The notes under the pieces: model-generated
Told to the model about the DNA's origin: nothing
Seen by the model: only the letters and a program-made list of their open reading frames with translations
Databases searched by the model: none
Assembly: GCA_049852185.1 (NCBI GenBank)
Contig: CP187540.1
Origin: Methanocaldococcus sp. 28A
GTDB lineage: Archaea; AGJL01; Methanococci; Methanococcales; Methanocaldococcaceae
Direction: 5' to 3' (one strand)
DNA: 64,000 bases
Translations under genes and position numbers: made by a program
Shown here: in pieces, positions 1-8,799 of the stretch
How positions within the stretch are numbered: position 1 is the stretch's first letter
Layout: each line of letters starts with the position of its first letter

Positions 1-56
1 AGGAAGGCATTCAAATTGTCCTTATAATAGTTTATTTTATTTTGCACACAACTCTA
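1..56. repeat. Right half of palindromic repeat family B (MITE-like), cut by window edge
   Basis: GGAAGGCATTCAAATT...GTTTATTTTATTTTGCACACAACT matches the 3' half of the copy at 15845-15958. Confidence 0.85.
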
Positions 57-72
57 TATATGAGGTGGAAAA

Positions 73-399
73 ATGGTTAAGTTTTGCCCAAAATGCAACA
101 ACTTAATGCTACCAAAGGACGGAAAATTAAGATGTGTAGTCTGTGGTTATGAAGAAGAAACAACAGCTGAAGGAAGTAAAGAGTATGAATACAAGGAACA
201 CTTAGAGAATAAGAAGGAAAAAATTACTGTTATTGAAAGTGAGGGCTTAGAAACATTGCCAACAACAAGAGTAGAATGTCCAAAGTGTGGGCATAATGAA
301 GCTTATTGGTGGCTACAACAGACAAGATGTGCAGATGAGCCAGAAACAAGATTCTACAAGTGTAAGAAATGTGGACATACATGGAGAGAGTATGACTAA
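73..399 (+). CDS. tfs: Transcription factor S (TFS / RpoM-like)
   Basis: Two zinc ribbons (CPKC..CVVC; CPKC..CKKC), QTRCADEPET with catalytic DE motif, GAGGTG RBS. Confidence 0.95.
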   Translation: MVKFCPKCNNLMLPKDGKLRCVVCGYEEETTAEGSKEYEYKEHLENKKEKITVIESEGLETLPTTRVECPKCGHNEAYWWLQQTRCADEPETRFYKCKKCGHTWREYD

Positions 400-453
400 T
401 TTATTTAATAAATATAACTATTAATACCTATAGAGACTGCCAATAATTATATG

Positions 454-547
454 ATAGGACTTTCGCACCATATATATTCCATAAAAAATATTATTTTTAC
501 ATTCAAATTGTTATACTTTTTAATATTTATTTCTGTGAAAGTCCTAT
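454..547. repeat. Palindromic repeat family A (TAGGACTTTCGCA...TGCGAAAGTCCTA)
   Basis: ATAGGACTTTCGCA ... TGTGAAAGTCCTAT terminal inverted repeats; about 10 copies in the window. Confidence 0.85.
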
Positions 548-736
548 AGAAAAATTATAATATCTGATAAAAATAGATTATCATGAAATGTTATAATAAA
601 ATATTTAAATATGCTTGCAAAAGTCTATAAAAAAAGAAATATAATCAATGATTTCTACAATATCCAATTTCATATCCTCCTAATTTAATATTGTTTTAAA
701 GTAATTCAATAATATAGAACAATTTTTTGACAATTG

Positions 737-3700
737 TTATTTTGGATCAATTCCTACGATAAATCCTTCATTTGTTATAGTATTTGTTATTATTGTAATG
801 TTCTTTGTTTCGGTTGCATTTATTGTATTAAATTTGAACCAATAAATATTATTATAAGTTCCATTTTCATCAAAATCTCCAGAAATGTTTATTATATCTA
901 TATTATCTGGTTTATACCAATAGACATAGACATCAGTAGTATTTACAAAACTCTTAACAGAAATAAAGTATTCGTTAGGTAATACAGAAATACTTGAAGT
1001 TATGGAAGTTATATTAATATTGGATATTACAGTTATTGTAATATTCTTGTAATCATCAGAATCCCAATGGACATAGTCGTTTGTCGCATTTACGGTTATT
1101 GTATAATTTCCTGGATTCGAAGGAGCCGTTAATGTAAAGTTTAAAGCAACTGTCTGATTTGGTAATATATATGGAATAACTTTATTAGTTTCCCCACTCC
1201 AGCCATTTGGAAGTGTTATATTTACAAATACATTTGACAAGTCCATAGTTCCTGTGTTTTTAACATATACTGTAAAATTAAAGGTTTCTGAGATATTAAC
1301 CAAAGTTTTTGTAGAAACATTAACTATTGACAAATTATATATTGGATTACCTGAAAGAATTCCTGTTTTTGTTGTTGTAGCTATCCTATAAACATTTCCG
1401 CCATCCAAATAGCTATCATACAAAAAATAATAATACAAATAATACAAATAATTATAATTATAATAATTGTTTCTATAATCAGAATAATCTTCTATTTCAT
1501 GAACAACAATTTTCCAGACACCATAATTTTGGTTAGGGTTAGGAACATTGACTCTATAATTATACCAAGTTTCATTTCCATATGCTGTAAATTCTTTATA
1601 TTTTGTTCCATTTGGTAAGTAAATAGAAACGTTTATCGCTCCATCTCCATCATATACTGATATATTAAATGACGAAAGCCCTTTAGGTGTTGAAATATAC
1701 CATGTTTTATTTTCTAAATTATTTGTATTCTCTCCAATAACCATAGCATCAGGAGTACCATAGTAAGTAGATCCATTTATAATATATGTTGTATTTAATT
1801 TTAAAACTGGAGAATTTATAGCTGATAAAGAGTAATAATTACCATTGCTACTAGGCCAACTGCTCTCAAAGATATCTACAATCCACCAACCGTATACATT
1901 ACTTGTATTAATTAAAAAATAATTTGGAGGTTCACCAGCTTGTGCATTATTTGGTGCTATATATGAACCATACAATGTTCCATTTGGATAAGATACATTA
2001 ACAGTTAATCCATCACCGTCATAAATACCAATAGTATATTTTGATGTTCCATAAGGTACCATTAAATAGTATCTATGAACCATATTAGTTTGATAATTCC
2101 TACATATTGTCGCCATTCCTGAGTCTGAAGATGATGGTGGTATTGGTATCTTAAACCACAATCCACTTGATATATTAGTCGCAAGTATTATTTGATTATC
2201 TCCATAACCATCGTCATCATAATCGTATTCTTGAGTTAGTTCTATTCTCCACCATCCAGTTTGTCCATGAATAGATATATTTTGAATTACCCATATTGGA
2301 TTGTCAATCTCACCATTCAAAAATGACCAACTATTATCATATGGATAAAATGAATAATATAATGTGCCATTAGGATAATAGACACTAACTTTTAATCTAT
2401 TTATGGTTATTGGTATCGTAATAATACCAAAGAGGTTTATGGATCCGTTTAAGTTATCCGGGTCAAATATTGCTATATTAAAATCTGATGTTGCATAGAC
2501 ATAGAAATCATGATAGTTAGAAGCGAGACCTCCAACACTTAACAATGTCGCATTTGGAGTTCCATAATAGGTAGTTCCATTTATAATATAGGTCATATTT
2601 ACTTTAAGGTCTAAACTATTACTACCGCTAATATTTAAACTGTAAAAATTTTCTCCAGGATATTGTGATAAACTATTATTAATAACAATTTTCCAAAATC
2701 CAAAAGCTCCGTTTGTATATATTTCAGTGTAATTCCAATTATTATTTGCAGATTCATTTAATTTTTTGTATAATGTCCCATTTGGATAATAGATAGATAC
2801 AATAAGACCATCCCCATCATAAACTCCAAAATTAAAATTGTTAATACCCTGAGGAACATAGAGCCAGTAAGTATGTACTTGCTGACCAACATCACTACCT
2901 ATTGCTACATCATACTCACCATAATATCCTACCCATCCAATTCCTCCATCATCTTCTATAATACCATTTATTTTGTTGTCATCATCTCCAAATTTTCCAT
3001 CTTCTAATGTTAAATTAACTACAATTTTATTTCTATAAATTTTTATTATTGCTGGATATTTTCTCCATAATAGAGTATTTGGATTAAACTTATAATATAC
3101 TAATTTTAATAAGCTTATATTTTTTGGAAATATCGTAAGATTTTCTAAATTATATGAAAGATTTAAGTTTTTTATATAGCTTATATTAGTTATATTTATA
3201 TTTGGTATTGAGTACAAATTAGAAAATTTTAGAGTATTTAAAAAAGTTATATTAGAATACTGATATATAATAGAAACTTTAACTTTTTCTCCTTTTGAAA
3301 TATTTGATATTCTAAACTTAATTAAGTTAAATGGGAAATTGGCATTAATTTTAACTGGTGTATCCTCTTCATCAACAAATTTTAAATAATCCAACTTACC
3401 TTTATTTATATTTACCGTTATGTTATACAATTCCTTTCCTTCTAAATCTTCAACATATAAAATTCCGGTTTTATTATTTTTAAATTCAGTTTTTACATTA
3501 TACTTTGGAATATATAGCTTAAATAGGTCAATTATAATACCATTTCTTTTTCTATCTTCATCTAATTTACCTCCATCTTTTAAATTAAATATTATTGTTT
3601 TTCTATCTTTTCCTATAGTGTAATTTATCAATATGGTTTCATTATTTATCTTTTTCCAATAGTATATATACATCCCTTCTGGAATTTTAAAAGGTAATTT

Positions 3701-5542
3701 AACAGTCAAATTAACTGAATCTCCAACTGATAAGTTATCTATTAATAAAAATACATTCCCGTTTTCAAACTTCAGCTCCTCAAATTTACCTTTGTTGATT
3801 GTAACATTTATCTTATAAAGTTTATTTCCATAAGGAATTATAATAGTTTTAAAGTCTGAAATATTTTCTAATTGTTTTGTTGTTTTTATTTGGATAGTTT
3901 TATTAACATTTCCGCAATATATTATTACTTTTTCAGTGTTTTTTGGAAATTTAATGATAAAAATACTATTATTTATTTTTATAATTCCAGTAATATTTTG
4001 AGGGATAACTGTATAATTAATGTATTTTGGAGGGATGTATTTCCAACTTATATTACCAACAATTTCAGAACCATTTAAATATGTATTTATACTATAATTA
4101 TCAACATAAACATCTTTTGTTATATTATCTACAACAATTTTATAAACTCCTATACTATTGACAACTAAAGTTGAAACAAATTCTTCTTTATTATATCTTG
4201 AAAAGTTTAAAGTTAAGTTTTTATATTGAGTGATAACTTTAGCATTTTCTGGTTTAAAGTTTGTATATATTTTGATTTTATTACCTACAAACGCAATTTC
4301 TGGAACTTTTAATAATAACTTTTTAATTTTAATATGAACTTTTGTTATAGCATTCCCGCACTTTAAAATTACTGTGTAATTACCATCTGTAAGATTTATA
4401 GGTATGCAAAAACTACCATTCTTAACTGTAACATTTCCACTTAAATTTATCGGCATAATAGTATAATCAACAATCTTTGGCATAATGTAATAATAACTCA
4501 CATTACCAACTATACTACTATTATTAAATTTAGCATTAATTTTGTAATAATCTACAACAAAGGTTCTTTTAATTCCATCAACTAAAACAGTATAATTTCC
4601 TAATATAATATCTTTATTTAGCTTTACTGATAAATAATAATATTTTCCTCGTTTATGGATTTTTAAATCTATAATTTTGTTATTTGGAGTTATTATATAT
4701 GCTTTATTTGGTTTAAAGTTGGTTTTTATAATTATTTTTTCTGATGGGAAATATACCTTTTTTAAAATTATCGTTTTGTTTATGTTGTTTAAAATATTAT
4801 TTTTAGAATAATTTAAATATATAGTTTTATTTAATGTTTCATTATCAAATTTTGAATAGATAGTTAGAGTAGTATTTAATAATAATGGATAAATAACGTA
4901 AGTATCTTCACTTATTTTTTTAAATTTAACATTTACATCTAAATCTTTATATTTAACAAATAGTTTTCCATTAGTTTTAACAATTAATTTAAAGTGATTA
5001 AATGAAACATTTAAATAATGGGGTTCTACTTTTGTATAATTTAAATATATAGTTTTATTTAATGTTTCATTATCAAATTTTGCGTAAATTTCAATTGGAA
5101 TATTTAAAATAACTGGTGAAATAATATAAGTTTCATTATTTATTTTAACAAATTTCAGAGATGTTTTATTAGCAAATCCATAAGGTATTCCATTGGTTTT
5201 TACAATAATTTTATATTCTTCTACAGAAACATTTAAATAATACATATCTTTTTTATAACTCTTATTCTTTTCTTTTGTTTTATTTATATAATTTGTTATA
5301 TTTTTTGTAATATTTTTGGTTATATTATTTAAATTGCTAAAATTAGTTATTGTACTTAAATTTATGCTTTCATTAAATTCTTCAGTTTGACAAATATTTG
5401 AAAAATTTCCAATGACTGTTGAATTTAAGTTATTAAAAGTTATGGATTCATTTAATGTTGATATATTAACTCCAACACTAATAGTTAAACATATTAAAAC
5501 TGTCAATATAAATATTGAAATGTTCTTTAAATTAAATATCAT
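737..5542 (-). CDS. Very large secreted/surface glycoprotein (1601 aa): internal repeats, two choice-of-anchor-U-like motifs, four YPNGT-type beta repeats, CARDB/NEW3-like domain, ends FIVGIDPK
   Basis: N-terminal signal peptide; many N-x-S/T sequons; DGGKLDEDRKRNGIIID and DGKFGDDDNKINGIIEDDGG; VKNTG..ITLPNGWS..FTLTAP; no C-terminal TM helix. Confidence 0.8.
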   Translation of the reverse strand: MIFNLKNISIFILTVLICLTISVGVNISTLNESITFNNLNSTVIGNFSNICQTEEFNESINLSTITNFSNLNNITKNITKNITNYINKTKEKNKSYKKDMYYLNVSVEEYKIIVKTNGIPYGFANKTSLKFVKINNETYIISPVILNIPIEIYAKFDNETLNKTIYLNYTKVEPHYLNVSFNHFKLIVKTNGKLFVKYKDLDVNVKFKKISEDTYVIYPLLLNTTLTIYSKFDNETLNKTIYLNYSKNNILNNINKTIILKKVYFPSEKIIIKTNFKPNKAYIITPNNKIIDLKIHKRGKYYYLSVKLNKDIILGNYTVLVDGIKRTFVVDYYKINAKFNNSSIVGNVSYYYIMPKIVDYTIMPINLSGNVTVKNGSFCIPINLTDGNYTVILKCGNAITKVHIKIKKLLLKVPEIAFVGNKIKIYTNFKPENAKVITQYKNLTLNFSRYNKEEFVSTLVVNSIGVYKIVVDNITKDVYVDNYSINTYLNGSEIVGNISWKYIPPKYINYTVIPQNITGIIKINNSIFIIKFPKNTEKVIIYCGNVNKTIQIKTTKQLENISDFKTIIIPYGNKLYKINVTINKGKFEELKFENGNVFLLIDNLSVGDSVNLTVKLPFKIPEGMYIYYWKKINNETILINYTIGKDRKTIIFNLKDGGKLDEDRKRNGIIIDLFKLYIPKYNVKTEFKNNKTGILYVEDLEGKELYNITVNINKGKLDYLKFVDEEDTPVKINANFPFNLIKFRISNISKGEKVKVSIIYQYSNITFLNTLKFSNLYSIPNINITNISYIKNLNLSYNLENLTIFPKNISLLKLVYYKFNPNTLLWRKYPAIIKIYRNKIVVNLTLEDGKFGDDDNKINGIIEDDGGIGWVGYYGEYDVAIGSDVGQQVHTYWLYVPQGINNFNFGVYDGDGLIVSIYYPNGTLYKKLNESANNNWNYTEIYTNGAFGFWKIVINNSLSQYPGENFYSLNISGSNSLDLKVNMTYIINGTTYYGTPNATLLSVGGLASNYHDFYVYATSDFNIAIFDPDNLNGSINLFGIITIPITINRLKVSVYYPNGTLYYSFYPYDNSWSFLNGEIDNPIWVIQNISIHGQTGWWRIELTQEYDYDDDGYGDNQIILATNISSGLWFKIPIPPSSSDSGMATICRNYQTNMVHRYYLMVPYGTSKYTIGIYDGDGLTVNVSYPNGTLYGSYIAPNNAQAGEPPNYFLINTSNVYGWWIVDIFESSWPSSNGNYYSLSAINSPVLKLNTTYIINGSTYYGTPDAMVIGENTNNLENKTWYISTPKGLSSFNISVYDGDGAINVSIYLPNGTKYKEFTAYGNETWYNYRVNVPNPNQNYGVWKIVVHEIEDYSDYRNNYYNYNYLYYLYYYFLYDSYLDGGNVYRIATTTKTGILSGNPIYNLSIVNVSTKTLVNISETFNFTVYVKNTGTMDLSNVFVNITLPNGWSGETNKVIPYILPNQTVALNFTLTAPSNPGNYTITVNATNDYVHWDSDDYKNITITVISNINITSITSSISVLPNEYFISVKSFVNTTDVYVYWYKPDNIDIINISGDFDENGTYNNIYWFKFNTINATETKNITIITNTITNEGFIVGIDPK

Positions 5543-5651
5543 AACAATCCCTTTATAAACTTTTTAAGTAATTTTATACTTAAAGGAATTATTTCAAAGT
5601 TTATAGAACAATTTTTTGATAATTTTCAAAAATTTAAAAAAGAGATTCTTA

Positions 5652-6383
5652 TTATTTATTTTTATCACCCTCCTTTTTTCTATTTTTTAAACTTAACTCA
5701 GTATATACCAAAATTATTATAACAATCACCAATATTGTAAGCCAAAATAATATATATCCATAAGTCGGTAGTTTTGGTAAAGGAAGTACAGAAAACTCTG
5801 CTTTAACTATAAATAACTTATCTTTTGGTATTTGGAAATTTTTACCATCAGGTTCTAGATAAGTTAAATGATAAGGAGATTTAAAATATATATTAAATTT
5901 CTTTATATTTAAATCACTTCCAATAGGAATTGAAACAGTTTTAAATAAAATTCCATTATCTACTATATCCGCATCATATTCAATAACTAAGGTAATATTT
6001 TTTCCACTATCTATAGGTTCCCATATTTGATACTCTATAACTGTGTAAGTATCTTTATAAGTTACAGTAACGTTCATTGGATATTTTTGATTTCCGATTA
6101 TATAATATCCTTTTAAATTTTTAATCTCTACAGGTTTTTTCTCTTTTGTAAATGGTATGGGTATTATAAATATCTTTTTTGGTTCTTCTTTTTGTAATCT
6201 TAATTCTCCAATACCTGGAACTATTGGATATTTAGCAATATTCTTTATTGTTATTATATTTGTTATATGTGTTGGGTTTTTGGTTAAATCTACTATCATT
6301 TCATAGTTTGAAATTTCTTCCACATCTGCAAATACAGATGACATTAAAACTAAGAATATAAAAAATAATATGACTTTTTTCAT
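5652..6383 (-). CDS. Secreted, C-terminally membrane-anchored beta-rich hypothetical protein (243 aa)
   Basis: Signal peptide ending SSVFA; Pro-rich EFSVLPLPKLP linker, one TM helix, basic tail. Confidence 0.8.
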   Translation of the reverse strand: MKKVILFFIFLVLMSSVFADVEEISNYEMIVDLTKNPTHITNIITIKNIAKYPIVPGIGELRLQKEEPKKIFIIPIPFTKEKKPVEIKNLKGYYIIGNQKYPMNVTVTYKDTYTVIEYQIWEPIDSGKNITLVIEYDADIVDNGILFKTVSIPIGSDLNIKKFNIYFKSPYHLTYLEPDGKNFQIPKDKLFIVKAEFSVLPLPKLPTYGYILFWLTILVIVIIILVYTELSLKNRKKEGDKNK

Positions 6384-6471
6384 TTTCTCCCTTCTTTATC
6401 CTCTTCAGAGTTTCTATCGTTAGTTTCATATCTTCCATTATTTACACTTACTTATTTATTTTTATATTCTT

Positions 6472-6562
6472 AATAGGTCTTTCGCATGAATAAATTTTTA
6501 AAGATATTTTTGATGCTAGAGGTATCATATTTTCCTTATGTCATATAGTAAAAATTCCTATT
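6472..6562. repeat. Palindromic repeat family A, degenerate
   Basis: AATAGGTCTTTCGCA ... AAATTCCTATT with internal TGATGC-TAGAG-GTATCA hairpin. Confidence 0.7.
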
Positions 6563-6665
6563 TAATCAAACATATAAAAGTTTAGTTAATAGACTTAATA
6601 AAATTAAAGATTTAAAATTAAAAAAATATAATATCATGTTTGATTAAAATTTAAAATAGAGATTA

Positions 6666-8546
6666 TTAGAGAGCATATTTCTTCAATCTTATTATTAATT
6701 CTAATCCTAATATTGCTGTTAGCAATGCTAATATAGGCTCATAGTTGTTTTCAATAGCTCCACTTACAGCACTTATTTTTGGTGAGGTTGTTGGGAGTAA
6801 TGAGTTTGTAGGATCAATACCTACAATGAATACATCACTTGGATAAAATGTCCCAGTTCCATTTAATTTATAGTGAATTACTACTGTTTGGTTCTTTAGT
6901 ATTTCAGTAGCATCATTCCAATCGCCATCTCCATCTGCTCCAGGATATATTGAATGTAATGCGTATATTAAGCTGTAGTTGTATCTTGGGTTGTTGTATA
7001 AAGGTATAGTAGTATTATAGATTACCATTGATGATTGATTTACCCAATCGTCATATCTTGTGAAATTCTTTGGAATTAAGTCATAAACATATACATATTC
7101 TGGAGTTTTTGCACTACCTATGTTTTCAACTACGATATATATATCGTAAGTTCCATCAGAATTTGGAATTATATGCTTAGTTACTTTAAGTAAGTACCCT
7201 CCTACAACATAGATTTTTTCAATTATAATGTATGAACTTCCATATTTGCTATTATCTTCATGCATTGAATAGTTTAATAGTGTTATATTACTATCCACAA
7301 CAGTAAATGTGCAGTTTGCCCATACTACTGGGACTCCATCAAATGTATAGCTATATTTAGATGTGTTCCAATAATCTCCTGGATTTAATATTATAGGTAG
7401 TGGATTACCAAATACATGTTTTGAGCCAGGGATTAAAAGGGAGATGTTGAATGGGTCTACAATTGTTGGATTACTTCCATTTACAGCCCATAAGGTAAGA
7501 TTTGTTAAGTTAAAGCTGTAGGTTTTAGCTAAGTTTGTGAAATTTGCCCTTTCATACCATATATTAAATGTTCCAGTTGAGGAATTATAGTAAGGTCCTT
7601 CTTTTAAAGCTTGTATAACTCCATTACCTGTAGCATAAACTCCAGCTATTGTTGTGTTACTTATTGTCCCATTGAATATAAATTTAATTACTGCAAATCC
7701 AAAATCTGCTGGTATTATATATCCAGACCTATTTACTGGAAAAGTATTATTCTCCTCAACTGTTATATTTATACTTGCATTTTGTGAGATATTTAAAATA
7801 ATTCCTGTCCAATTTAGTGAATCGTTTGCTGTTCCAGTGAAATAAGGACCATCCCATAATACATAACTACCAGTGCTATTTTCAACTTTTGTTATATTTA
7901 AAAATGTCCAATTACCATTTCCGTAGTCTGAACTACTATTACTTAAATATTTAGTCATACTTAAATAAACTTCAGTATTCGTTGAAGGTAATGCTGATAT
8001 ATTTCTTGATAAGTTTATATATATTGTGAAATTCCAATCCCTCTGAGCAGGCACTTTATTCAAAGAGTATTTTTCACTAACAATAATTGGAACTCCTCCA
8101 ATAGATTTATTAATCCCAAACTTTACAGCTACCCAGGTGTTGTTTGGTAAAATTGGAATGTGTATATATACATTACCTTTGCCAATTAATCCAGTATATG
8201 CAGGAGGTTCTGAAGATATATTTATTGAATCTGCTTTAGGAGCAGTAGTTAAATCATAATCTACAGTTAATGGAGTTACATTATTGGATACATTTACAGC
8301 AATCCAGACATCTGATAATGTGTCATTAATATCACTTGCTGTATTGTTTATTATAATGTATCCCGTTATATTGTAGCTTTCAATTTTTACTCCTTCTACG
8401 GTTGCAGTAGCCGTTATATTATACTTCTCTATATATGATATATATAATGGTCCATTATCACCATAAGCCGAAACCATTGTCAATATCTCTAAAATACATA
8501 AGATTACTACCAACAATGTAATAAATCTATTCATAATCATAATCAT
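6666..8546 (-). CDS. Secreted surface glycoprotein (626 aa) with DUF11-like domain, FIVGIDP motif and C-terminal TM anchor
   Basis: Signal peptide; many sequons; KVTK..VENIG..YVYDLIP (DUF11-like); DVFIVGIDP then Ser/Thr/Pro spacer, TM helix and RLKK; start could be 8546, 8540 or 8534. Confidence 0.8.
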   Translation of the reverse strand: MIMIMNRFITLLVVILCILEILTMVSAYGDNGPLYISYIEKYNITATATVEGVKIESYNITGYIIINNTASDINDTLSDVWIAVNVSNNVTPLTVDYDLTTAPKADSINISSEPPAYTGLIGKGNVYIHIPILPNNTWVAVKFGINKSIGGVPIIVSEKYSLNKVPAQRDWNFTIYINLSRNISALPSTNTEVYLSMTKYLSNSSSDYGNGNWTFLNITKVENSTGSYVLWDGPYFTGTANDSLNWTGIILNISQNASINITVEENNTFPVNRSGYIIPADFGFAVIKFIFNGTISNTTIAGVYATGNGVIQALKEGPYYNSSTGTFNIWYERANFTNLAKTYSFNLTNLTLWAVNGSNPTIVDPFNISLLIPGSKHVFGNPLPIILNPGDYWNTSKYSYTFDGVPVVWANCTFTVVDSNITLLNYSMHEDNSKYGSSYIIIEKIYVVGGYLLKVTKHIIPNSDGTYDIYIVVENIGSAKTPEYVYVYDLIPKNFTRYDDWVNQSSMVIYNTTIPLYNNPRYNYSLIYALHSIYPGADGDGDWNDATEILKNQTVVIHYKLNGTGTFYPSDVFIVGIDPTNSLLPTTSPKISAVSGAIENNYEPILALLTAILGLELIIRLKKYAL

Positions 8547-8628
8547 CCCTCCTTATAAATATATAAATTTTTTAGTGTATATCAATATTATAATTCGTTA
8601 TTTCATTATAAGTAATATATAGGCAAAC

Positions 8629-8660
8629 TAAATATATATGGTTTTAAATATATATGGTTT
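8629..8660 (-). promoter_or_regulatory. Tandemly duplicated 16-bp BRE/TATA-like unit upstream of the surface-protein cluster
   Basis: TAAATATATATGGTTT twice, exactly adjacent (minus strand AAACCATATATATTTA x2), 83 bp upstream of the 626-aa gene. Confidence 0.5.
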
Positions 8661-8799
8661 ACGGACAATCTTTAGACATTAATATTAATTAGATTTTTAA
8701 AATAATAAAATAATAATAAAATTATTTGAAATAGTAACTATAACACCTAATATATAAACATTTTCATATTAAAATTACTTATAGCTTCAACAAAAAATT

